From Eledone cirrhosa (lineage: Eukaryota), in NCBI GenBank assembly GCA_964016885.1, contig OZ024755.1, positions 1,364,001-1,428,000 of the forward strand: a stretch of DNA of 64,000 nucleotides, read 5' to 3'. Every line of letters begins with the position of its first letter. Within the stretch, counting starts at the first letter, position 1. The position numbers and the translations under genes were made by a program. This document shows, piece after piece, positions 1 through 12,700 of the stretch. The notes beneath the pieces are model-generated. The model was given only the letters and a program-made list of their open reading frames with translations. It made no database searches and had not been told where the DNA came from.

Positions 1-288
1 CCATTAAAATAAGTTATAAACTATTAAAATAAGTTATAAACTATTAAAATAAGTTATAAACCAGTTACTAGGAGTGTAAAAAAGTCTAAAGTCTGTCTTG
101 AATCCAGAGGTTCATCAATCCGGTGCTTATCCTAGTTTCTATGACAGGAAGTGAGTGAGAATACATGACTCCCACCTGGATAAGATGCTAGTCCATCACA
201 AGATTAAACTCCAGCTATTGCTGCTGGTACTCATTTCTAATAAAGTTATATACAAAAACATTGTTTACATTATTATTATTATTGCCAT

Positions 289-478
289 TGGCGATGGATT
301 GGCTGAATCAGTAGAGGGTCGGACGCCATGTTTTCCAGCAGAGTTACGTCCCTTTACGATCTGAGTTCAAATCCCGCCGAGGTTGACTTTGCCTTTCATC
401 CTTACGGGGTCGATAAAATAAAGTACCAGTAATGTACTGGGTAATTGCTGGCCTTGTGCCTAAAGTAGAAACAATTAT
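289..478 (+). mobile_element. tRNA-derived SINE family A
   Basis: A-box-like tggctgaatcagtag, B-box gagttcaaatcc, core gcctttcatccttacggggtcgataaaataaagtaccag; many copies in window. Confidence 0.85.
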
Positions 479-530
479 TATTATTGCCATTGTTATTATT
501 GTTGTTGTTGTTATTATTATTATTTTCCAG

Positions 531-607
531 CTCTATGTTAACGACACTCCAACGGCGGAGCTGGGGTCAGACATTTCTACTTACAACTTCTCCTGTTTAG
601 CAGAAAA
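531..607 (+). CDS. FN3-thioredoxin gene exon (LYVNDTPTAELGSDISTYNFSCLAE)
   Basis: ttttccag acceptor, gtaagt donor, frame joins 1588. Confidence 0.8.
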
Positions 608-2624
608 GTAAGTAAACTACATTCACATTGATAAACTGGGAAATGTTGTGGGTGGGTGGGGGAGTGTATAGGGGGAGGGGACCTCTGTTGTGGGTGGTTG
701 GGGGAGTGTATAGGGGGAGGGGACCTCTGTTGTGGGTGGGTGGGGGAGTGTATAGGGGGAGGGGACCTCTGTTGTGGGTGGTTGGGGGAGTGTATAGGGG
801 GAGGGGACCTCTGTTGTGGGTGGGTGGGGGAGTGTATAGGGGGAGGGGACCTCTGTTGTGGGTGGTTGGGGGAGTGTATAGGGGGAGGGGACCTCTGTTG
901 TGGGTGGGTGGGGAAGTATGTAGGGGGAGGGGACCTCTGTTGTGGGTGGTTGAGGGAGTGTATAGGGGGAGGGGACCTCTGTTGTGGGTGGGTGGGGGAG
1001 TGTATAGGGGGAGGGGACCTCTGTTGTGGGTGGGTGGGGGAGTGTATAGGGGGAGGGGACCTCTGTTGTGGGTGGGTGGGGAAGTATGTAGGGGGAGGGG
1101 ACCTCTGTTGTGGGTGGTTGGGGGAGTGTATAGGGGGAGGGGACCTCAGAGAGAAACCTGACAAATGTTGAGGGTGGGTGGGGGAGTATGTAGGGGGGGG
1201 GGGCTCTGTTGTGGGTGGTTGGGGGAGTGTATAGGGGGAGGGGACCTCAGAGAGAAACCTGACAAATGTTGAGGGTGGGTGGGGGAGTATGTAGGGGGGG
1301 GGCTCTGTTGTGGGTGGTTGGGGGAGTGTATAGGGGGAGGGGACCTCAGAGAGAAACCTGACAAATGTTGAGGGTGGGTGGGGAAGTATGTAGGGGGAGG
1401 GACTTCTGTTGTGGGTGGGTGGGGAAGTATGTAGGGGGAGGGACCTCTGTTGTGGGTGGGTGGGGAAGTATGTAGGGGGAGGGACCTCAGAGAGAAACCT
1501 GAGAAATGTGGTGAGTGGCTGTTGTTCAATTTATTACAAATATGGTCGCAAAAGAGTTAATTTATTCTTGTTTTTCTTTCTCTTTAGAGTTTACAAATTT
1601 AATTTAGTGGCTTTATCCAACAATTGCCAATATGGAGATTCTGCTAAATCAAATACATTGGTTGTCACGACAACAGCATCTGCAAATGAACAACAGAACG
1701 GTAATCATCGGTTGATGTTTCCTGGAGATTGTCAAAATATTGCCAACTATTTGAAAACATCAAAGGTAACCGACACAAAGATCTACTTAGAATGGAACTC
1801 CTATGTTGCACCTGAAGGGCTGGAGTCCTACAAGATTCAGTGGAGCAGTGTTGCTCAGCCAGAGGTAAAATATGGACTCCCTTCCTTCTTACTGGTCTCA
1901 TCCATGGTAACTTAGTCATCATCATCATTATAATCCTAACCAACATCATTACCACTATTACTGCTACATGATACTAAAGTGTGTGTGTGTGTGCATCTGT
2001 ATCTGTGTGTGTGTACATCTGTATCTGTGTGTGTACATCTGTATTTGTGTGTGTGTGTGTGTCCATCTGTATCTGTGTGTGTATCTGTGTGTGCACGTGT
2101 ATCTGTATGTGTATGTGTGTGTGTGTATGTATCTGTGTGTATGTGTGTGTGTGTGTGTGTGTGTCTGTCTGTGTGTGTATCTGTGTGTGCATGTGTGTGT
2201 GTATGTATGTATGTGTGTGTGTTTATGTGTGTGTGTGTATGTGTGTGATGTATTGATGTCTCTACATGTTATAATATACTAACTGTACCATGTAACCCAG
2301 TACAACCTGTTTCATGGTTGAGTGGTCAGCGACTAAACTGACTCCCCCACCATGTATGTATCAGTTTGTGTATGTTACATGGTACAAATATAATACTACT
2401 GCGTGTGTATGTGTGTGTGTATATATATATATGTAAAAGGTAAACAGAAATAACAACACAATTGGTACAGTATATGGAAGGGATATATTAAGTTAACGCT
2501 TGATGTAGCAGGAGAATTCGTTGGATTTTCTAATTGGATTTTCACCCCAAAACTGGATACCAGCCCGGAGTACACCTGAACTTCCACCAGGAAATCTTTC
2601 GTAAAATTGAAATTTTCTTTGCTT

Positions 2625-2684
<60 letters not shown>

Positions 2685-5594
2685 TGTATGTATGTAGAGT
2701 ATATTTGATAATATACTGTATGTTTATTTAAAGCATTTTGAAGACCTTTCGCTATGAGTTTTAAAGTAGTGACTATGTCACTTACTTGGTCTCAGTAAAA
2801 GCAAAGGGAAGCAACCGACAGCCGTTTCTCGCTCCTTAGTGGTTATCAAGATTGCATATCCCTTCGCTTGAGTGTGTGTATCAGTATGTGTATCTTAACA
2901 TGTGTTACATGCTATAAACACGTGTGTTACATGCTTTAAACATGTGTGTTACATGCTATAAACTTGCCTGCAATATATAACATGTAATCACTATTTTCTA
3001 GGCCAGAGAAGTCAGTCTCCTTCGATCTGATAACAACTGTATCATCAATAAATGTTTACCTGGAGTCATCCATTATTTACGACTTATTTCTGTTGGACAA
3101 GATCAATCTATTCTAGATGAATCTCACTACCTGACAGTACAGACATCAGCTCCACCAAACATACCAGTGGTACTACTAAGGTAGGGTGAACTTCTCTGAT
3201 CTGATTTCTATGATGTATCATCACCACTATCATCATCATCACATTTTTCTGCATATGTGTGTCTGTGTGTGTACATGCACTCATGTATTACTAATTCTGA
3301 ATTCTTTCCTTTATTTCAGAGCCTGTAATTTTCACCATATCTCCATAGAATGGAAGAAACCTGAGGAATATGGTGAAGCTAAGATAAATGGTTATTTGGT
3401 GTTCATCAACGATATTTTGGTAACAAATTTATCTGAAGACCAAACTATTTACAGCTTTACAGACGGAGAATGGTGCAAAGAATATAGCTTTCAAATTCAG
3501 GTAAATAATGAAGAGAAACTGTTAGAAATATTAGGAATAACAGAATTCTACCAAGTTATACATATATATATATATCATCATCATCATCATCATCAACGTT
3601 TAACGTCCGTGTTCCACGCTTGCATGGGTTTGGACGGGAGTAGTCCCACTTGAGGCAAGAGTGATTGTCTTGCTCGCATAGGACTGTCTGGCAGGTTTTC
3701 TACAGTTGGATGCCCTTCCTAACACCAACCACATTTACAGTGTGGGTCTGGGAGGTTTTTACCGTGTTGCCTACACGGCCACATTACAGCGTGGACTGTG
3801 TGTTTTTTTGTCGTGACACCTACACAATCTCATTTGTTTCGGGCTATGGCGCGGCACCAACATAACTTTACATAGAACGGGGTGGTGTGGATGGGGTGTG
3901 TGTGTGGGGGGGGGGGGGGGGGGGTATTTTGTTAGAGATGCCTACTGGTTGGAGTAGGTTTTACTATATATTTAGGTAAGGCGGGTCTTCTCTGTTACTG
4001 AGTACCGCCAAAGGTCTCGGTCCAGTGACATTGTCTTGGAGAGGTGTAAGTGTGTGATGTCGGAGTTTATCAGCTCGTCCCAGGTTTTTCTAGGTCTGCC
4101 TATTCCGTGACTACCGTCTATCTTTATTGCCCTGCACTTTGTTATACAGCTATCGACTTTCATGCGCATCACGTGTCCATACCAACGTAGCCTTCTCTCG
4201 AGTAAACAACATCTGATCCCTCTTATCTCTAATTTTTTCCTTAGTTCGTTTATGCTTTGCCGTTCACGTATATTACTGTTACACATCCAGCGGAGCATGC
4301 AAGCTTCGTTCCTCTCTAGTCTGCATATATCCTCTGCACACAATGCCCAGGTCTCACTGCCATGCAGCATTGCTGTTTGTATGCAGGCATCATACAACCT
4401 GCCTTTCATTTTTAGGGAGAACCCTTTAGCAGCTAATAGTGGTATAAGCTCTCTGAACTTTTTCCAACCAGTTCTGACTCTAGCTACAGTACTTTCAGAG
4501 CACCCTCCCCCACTGCTGATTTTATCGCCCAGGTAACGGAAGCTGTCCACTATTTCTATAGAACCCTCTGCGCAATTGAAAGAGCTAGTATTGTGTGGGC
4601 ACTTGCTGCTACTTATTGCACCAGAACACCGGCCACATGTAAAATCTATGTTCTTAGTTAGCTTACCTGTGATCCCACTACATCTTTTATGCACCCATAC
4701 TTTGCATTTAGGACATAAAATGGAGTTTCTACCTACGCCTTTCCTACACACCGAGCACGACCATTTCCCAGAAGGGACCGCCGCCTTGTTTTCTTTCCTA
4801 CAAACTAGAACTTTGGTCTTAGCCAGGTTAATTTTAAGTCCTTTTGACTCTAGGCCGTGCTTCCATGTTTGGAATTTCTTCTCTAGCTCGGCCATTGATT
4901 CCGCTATGAGTGTCAGGTCGTCTGCGTATAGGAGTTCCCATGGGCAGCCTGTCTTGAACTCCTCTGTTATAGCCTGAAGGGCAATAATAAATAGTAGGGG
5001 GCTGAGAACAGAGCCCTGATGGACGCCAACTTTTACGCTAAACTCTTCACTATATTCGTTGTTAATTCTAACCTTGCTGACTGTTTCTTTATACATGGCT
5101 TGTATAGCCCTCACAAGCCATTCGTCAACGCCTAGTTTTCTAAGAGCCCACCAGATAATGGAGCAGGGGACTCTGTCGAAGGCTTTCTCCAAGTCGACAA
5201 AAGCTAAGTAGAGGGGTTTACCTTTAGCTAGGTACTTCTCCTGTAGTTGTCGTACTATGAAAAGAGCGTCTGTGGTACTTTTGCCTGACACAAACCCGAA
5301 CTGCATTTCATCTAGGTCGATTCTCTCTCTGATTAGTTGCGCTATTACTTTTTCCGTGACCTTCATGACCTGGTCGATTAATTTAATATATATATATATA
5401 TAATGAATAATAACAGGTAGACATCATAAAAAGGTAATTTATTTTGTGTGCTTACAAATGTTTCCACGGTGGTTATACAGCCTAGTTATGCTATGTGCAA
5501 ATTTATAACTATTTGCAAAACTCAATTATCAAATGCTGTGACCACTTTATCATCAGAGCAGAATGGTTAAAATGTACAATGTAAATACCAAATG

Positions 5595-5652
<58 letters not shown>

Positions 5653-6694
5653 AGCATATATTGAGAGTTCCAAACTTAAACACTTTCATTACCATATTTG
5701 TTATGAAAAATATAATTTTCAAATCATTTTGGAAATATTTAGGAACTCAAAAGTCTAAAGTCTGTCTTGAGCTCGGAGGCTCATCGGGTCACTACTTATC
5801 GGGGTTTCCATGGCATGAAGTGACTGAGAGAGCAATACTCCCATCGAGACAGGATGACAGTCCATCATAGGGTTAAATTCCCAGCTATTGCTGGTACTCA
5901 TTTGCAGTTGAGTAAACTGGAGCAACATGAAATGAGGTGTTTTGTTCAAGAACACAACACACAACCAAGTCAAGGAATCTAAAATAATCAGTTTTGTATT
6001 ATAGAGCCAAGGAACATAACTTAACAAAGGTTCTTACGTAAAATTATGGTGGAAAGCTTTTAGATAAATATAGGCACCTTAAAATCATCTGTTTTGTATC
6101 ACAGAACCAAGACACTTTCAGGTTGTTTGCTATCAACAGTATTAAGATGTTGACTTCTGTAAAGAAATTTTATTAAAAAAAGAAATCTCTTGAACATTTA
6201 TTTATCTTTAGAAGTTATATAAGTTAACTGTGTTTACAGTAGTTTGATGTTTGTTTAATGAGATGGAAAGACCAATAATTGTGAAACAGCACCAAATTAA
6301 TTGTCTCGGTATATTTTGGGTTAAACCTAGCATTAGATTTTTTTTTTTATTTTGTGTGTTATTATTTTTTAAACTTTTTTTCTTGTTTGTTTTATTTGTT
6401 TTCTGAAAATGCCAGGCTCTGACTAATTGTGAATGGTTGTCAAGTAAAATGTCAGATCCACTGACAGTACAGTGGCCTGGTGTTGTAGCGCCAGCACTAC
6501 GTAGAGATCCACCATTTGGGCCAGACTTAATTGTTAGCTGGGATAAACCCTACGCCACAACCGGAGCTAAAATTAAATACTACAAGGTAAGGAAAATCAG
6601 TTGTTTTGGGGGGAGATTTTTGATAATTTTTCATGAGGAAAATATTTCATCACTTCAATTCATCACTATATACACAACTATAAACACATATGCT

Positions 6695-6764
<70 letters not shown>

Positions 6765-9700
6765 GGCATGCGGCTTAGTGGTTTGAGAATTAGATTTGCA
6801 ATCGTGAGGTTGTGAGTTTGGTTCGCAGACTTAGCAATGTGTTATGACTTTGAACAAGACACTTTATCAAAATCAATATTATGCTCTTCAATATTTAATT
6901 GTTCTAGATAACCTGTTCTGATCATTCAAATGGTGAGGAGATAAAAACGCAAGGACCAATACTTCCAGATGTTCAATCAATTACATTTAACGAGATCAAG
7001 TTTGGATATTATTTAATAACTTTGAAAATATATGTAAGTATTCCTATAGTAACTTATATATTCCTATAGTAACTTATATATTCCTATAGTAATTTATATA
7101 TTCCTATAATAACTCTGTAAGTGTTTCTCCTCTACTACTAATTAGGTAATTAAATAATTAAGTAAAAAAAAACAATGTGAGGGTTAAGTATATATACTGT
7201 ACCTGTGTATTATTATTAGCTTACACTTTTTATCACTAATATGAAACTAAGAAAGAAATTAAAGACATGATCATACTAACATATTTAAAGTCAATAGAGA
7301 ATCAGTTTAGTAAAAACCAAATTATTTTCCTCGTTATTGGAGAGACTTGAGCCCCAAAATCCCCTTAGCAGTGGAAGGCTTGTGTTTACATCTGATATTT
7401 TTAATTCTCAATAGTATCTATATCACTACAAAATATTCTATGTTACCCTTTAGCATTTAAACTGACTGTATCTGGCCAGAATCCTCTCACCTCTTTCTGT
7501 TCAAACCGGCTGTAACCAGCCACTCATACTAATGTTAAGGTATTGTTCTCAAAATACATAATATCAAAATCTCATAGATTCAATGTTATGTGAGATAATT
7601 ATGTGAGGTAAAGCCTTAACTGTGAAAATACAATAGTGTATATAAAGAAATTCAAATGCTAAAGGGTTAAATCTGATATTTATTTTATTCTCGATTCTAT
7701 CTATATCACTACAAAATATTACAGTTTAAATCTGATATATTTTATTCTCAATTCTATCTATATCACTACAAAATATTACAGTTTAAATCTGATATATTTT
7801 ATTCTCAATTCTATCTATATCACTACAAAATATTACAGTTTAAATCTGATATATTTTATTCTCAATTCTATCTATATCACTACAAAATATTACAGTTTAA
7901 ATCTGATATATTTTATTCTCAATTCTATCTATATCACTACAAAATATTACAGTTTAAATCTGATATATTTTATTCTCAATTCTAGCTATATAACTGCAAC
8001 AAGATAATATGTTCTGAAACAATGGAAGTGACTTTGTCTCCAATAATCTCAGCTCCTACCATCAAAGTTAACATTATTGGTCTTCAGGAAAGACAAATGT
8101 TGGAGAAGACAACATGCCAACTTCTTAATGCTCGAGATAAGTAAGTTACTTAGAAATCATATATTTTCCATTTCACATGTTTTCCTTAACTTTACCATCT
8201 TTATTTTAGATAATTAATCTGTAATTACTCATTAAGGATGTCTAACATGTTCCATCTTCAATCTTTATAGTTATGTCTAACTCTGTACAATAATTCGGAA
8301 ATCAAGACAAAATTTTTAAAAAAACAATTCTATTTACCTTTCAGGTTAATTGGCAGGTATAATAATAAACAGAAACTTAAACGAAATTCATTTACATTAA
8401 GAAAATCTAGTTCTATAAACAACCAAGTAAGTATTTCTAAATTCTTATCGCGGGGGGCGGGTGGGGGGGTATTTTGAAATTTCTCAGAGATCTTAACTTC
8501 TTACTTGCTCTTTGTCTTCTTCTTTTCTGTCTCCTCCTCCTCCTTCTCATACTACTCCTCTTCCTTCCCTTGGGAGGGTCGTGAGGCCAGGGGCAAATGT
8601 TTTACACTAAAGTTGGTCCACTTCCATTTAACAGGAAATGTTGGCCATCAAAACTTCTTTGAAACTGGAAACATTACTTGAACAATATGTCACTGCTCTT
8701 AACAGTTACACAGGTAACTTGATTAATATTACACCTTCATCATATTGTCATTAACAGTTACACAGGTAACTTGGTTAATATTACACCTTCATCATATTGT
8801 CATTTTCATTTATACACACTAACGTTACACATCCAACAGAACATATTTGGTTTGTTTCTCTCCAGCCATTACATAACCACAGCCTCTAAATTCTAAACCA
8901 TAGAATAAAATCTATTTCAGGTCAAGTCCATCTTGATATAAGCTGGGAATCTACACAAGATATTTCAGATATTAAAGTCACTGGTTATCAACTTTTACTG
9001 GATGGACAAAACTTTGGCAGCTTAATTCCTGAGCCTTGCAGAAATTACCAAACAACCGTAAGTATTTATCAACATAAACTGTACTTTTAGAAATGTCCAA
9101 ACAACTGTAAGTATTTATCAACATAGTATTTATCACAATTGTGAAGGCGCATGGCTTAGTGGTTAGAGCATTGGGCTTGCAATCGAAAGAGTGTGAGTTC
9201 AATTCTCAGACCAGATGTGTGGTTTCCTTGAGCAAGACACTTTATTTCATGTTGCTCCAGTTTACTCAGCTGTAGAAATGAGATGATAGAGCTGGGGTCC
9301 CTATCATTAAATTACCCAAGACACCTCCAATGAGATATACCTTGGAGGAGGCCAGCTAAACCTGCATAGGTGTGAGCTGTCACACACACACACATAGGTG
9401 TGAGCTGTCACACACACACACATAGGTGTGAGCTGTCACACAGACACACACACACGTTTATCAACATAAACTGTACTTTGTTTAGAAATGTCCACACAAC
9501 TGTGTCTATCAACGTAATCTCTACTTTGTTCATCAATTGAAATGCCAGGTGGTAGACTTAATCTCTTACTTGGTCCAACACCTGGCATCTGGCTGGTCTG
9601 GAATTTGTTGATTGTTTAGAAATAAATGAACAAAGTATAAGTTATGCTGATAAACTCGCAGGTGAGTTCCCCTCCCCTCAAAATTGCTGGCCTTGTGCCT

Positions 9701-12700
9701 AAATCAGAAACCATTATTATTATTATTGTTTCAGCTAAAGGTAGATGATAGAAGCCATACTGTTACTATGGTAACTCAATGTGATGACGACCAACTTTCC
9801 AGTAAAGAATCTAATGTTGTACATCTGGCAACAACCCAGTTTCTACCATTTTCCTACTATTGTTATTGTAAAGGACACGTCAACGGAGCAAAGTGAGTAA
9901 AGTTTTTAATGCTCCTGCCCCAGCATGGCCCCCAACCTCTCAACTGGAATGCAAATAACAGATAACAAATAAAAAAAATAAAATAATCCTAATATAATCC
10001 CCAATGGGTTCCAGGTAGGGCCATATTTAGGCACTGGAGGGGTTCGGGGTAGTACGGGTTTCAGGAGCCGGAGGTAGATCAGGCTTGGGGTGGAATGGTT
10101 CCCTGGGCTGTTCCTAGAGGAGCTCTGTTCAACAAGAGGTGCCCAGGGCACTCGCCCCTTACCCCCTACCCCCATAAATGTGACCCTGGTTCCAGTTAGA
10201 GTTTTAAGATCCAGTTTAAAGTTACAGGTTTGAATTAGGAAGAGGTTTGTGTTAACCTTGGTTTAAATAAAGGACCAGACTAAATACCATCTTTTTCTTT
10301 TCTTTCTTCCTATTTTCTGTAGATGGCCGACTGCTGGCTGTTGTCAGTTTGTTGATGCTTTAAACCAAGAACGGCAACTCGGTAAGAAACTCTCAAACCC
10401 AGGAGTCATCACAAAATTATTCCAGCTTCCAAGTTGTTCTTTAAGGAATCAACTCACCAATAAGTTTGACCCAGTGTTTGTCAGTGACGGAGCAACATGT
10501 CCAACTCTTGTGTTGTTTTGGTTACCATGGTGAGTAAGATAGAATTACCATATTTCGGTTACCATGGTGATTATGACATAATTACCATATCTAAAATCAG
10601 GATCTGACCTTCACCTGCTGGGACCCTAAATTATATGAAATTTGAAGCCCTTTAAAAAAAATTGGAATAAAATTTTTTAAATAATGATACATGATTATTT
10701 ATATTAATGTTAATATAAAAAATAAATTTTAGATTTTAATGATTTCTGTAGCTTTTCATAGTTTTATGTAAGAACCTTTAAGTTTTGCTCCAAACACCAG
10801 CTTATTAACGAGAAAGTTAGTTATATTAATAAATCCCTCCAAATTCTTAATTATTTTCAAAATCATTTGAAAATGATAGACGTCTTTTATTAGAAATATG
10901 GTAAAACTAGTTAATCTGTCCGACCAGGGTTAATCTGTCCGACCAGAGTTAATCTGTCCGACCAGGGTTAATCTGTCTGACCAGAGTTAATCTGTCCGAC
11001 CAGAGTTAATCTGTCTGACAAGGGTTAATCTGTTTGACAAGGATTAATCTGTCCAACCAGGGTTAATCTGTCTGACAAGGGTTAATCTGTCTGACCAGAG
11101 TAATCTGTCCGACCAGAGTTAATCTGTCTGATACGAGTTAATCTGTCTGACCCGAGTTAATCTGTCCGACACAAGTTAATCTGTCTGACCAGGGTAATCT
11201 GTCCGACCAGAGTTAATCTGTCTGACACAAGTTAATCTGTCTGACCAGGGTTAATCTGTCCGACCAGTATGTCATTACAATTCTTCTCTTCCCAGGTGCC
11301 ATCCTTGTAAAAAGGTTCTGAACTTTTTAGTTACATTTGTACAAGAACATCCAAATATGGTAAGTTATGTTTACACTAATAATTGTTTCTACTTTTTGGC
11401 ACAAGGCCAGCAATTACCCAGTGTATTACTGGTACTTTATTTTATCGACCCCGTAAGGATGAAAGGCAAAGTTAACCTCGGCAGGATTTTAATTCAGATC
11501 ATAAAGGGCCGTAACTCTGTGCTGCAAAGCATGGCATCCAACCATCTACCGATACTGCCAATCCACCGTAATAATATTAGTTATTGATGTAAGTATTGGC
11601 AGAATCGGTAGAGCGTCAAACATGCCTTGTGGCATATAGTTACGTCCCTTTACATTCTGAGTTCAAATCCTGCTGAGGTTAGCTTGGCTTTTCATAAATA
11701 AAGTACCAGTAATGCACTGGGGTTGATTTAATTGACTTTCCTCTTCCCTTCAAATTGCTGGCCTTGTGCCTATAGTAGAAACCATTATTGGTTATTGATC
11801 TGTTTCTTTTGAGTATTTCTAAATATTATATTTTTTTAATCTCTATAGTACTATAATGTATAGTACTATAGAGATTATGGTACTATAATGTATAGTATGG
11901 TAATCTCTATAGTACTATAATGTATAGTACTATCATGTATAGTACGGTAATCTCTATAGAAGTGTTATCTATAGTACTGTAATCTATATTACTATATAGT
12001 ACTGTAGTCTATAATGCTATATAGTACTGTAGTCTATAGTACTATATAGTACTGTAGTCTATAGTGCTATATAGTACTGATGTAATATCATCTCTTCTTT
12101 TATATTTCTACTAAACATCTCCGGTGTCTTATACTCTTTCCTCTTCTTCATGTTCTCCCTGACCCCCTTCAGTTCTGTTACCTGTCTATAAACTGTGGGA
12201 GCCTACAAGAAGGAGACTCTTACTTCACATCTCTTCACGACTGCAATAAAGAATCTACCATCAAACACTATTCTTCTCACATGATACTCGGTAAGAACCA
12301 CTCTACATTATATATATATATGTTTATACACACACACATATATATATCATCATCATCATCGTTTAACGTCCATTTTCCACGCTAGCATGGGTCTGGACAG
12401 GAATTGTCCCACTTGAGGCAAGATTGGTTGTCTTGCTCGTATAGGACTGTCTGGCGGGTTTTCTATGGCTGGATGCTCTTCCTAACACCAACCACGTTTA
12501 CAGTGTGGACTGGGAGGTTTTTACCGTGTTACCTACACGGCCACATTACAGCGTGGACTGTGTGTTTTTTTGTCGTGACACCTACACGACCTCATTTATT
12601 TAAGACTGGATGTTGTGGTACCAACATAGCTTTACATCGAAAGGGGTGGTGTAGATGGCGGTAGGGTTAGTGGGACGGGGGTGTATTTTGGTTAAGAGGT

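Noticed and set aside
289-375. tRNA gene
   Set aside because: A/B boxes are present but there is no cloverleaf, and it continues into a multi-copy SINE core; the same applies to other SINE heads
577-1529. Extensin-like SPPP ORFs
   Set aside because: 42-bp intronic minisatellite, open in several frames
4162-4977. Plus-strand ORFs of 124 and 133 aa
   Set aside because: Antisense shadows of the RTE reverse transcriptase frame
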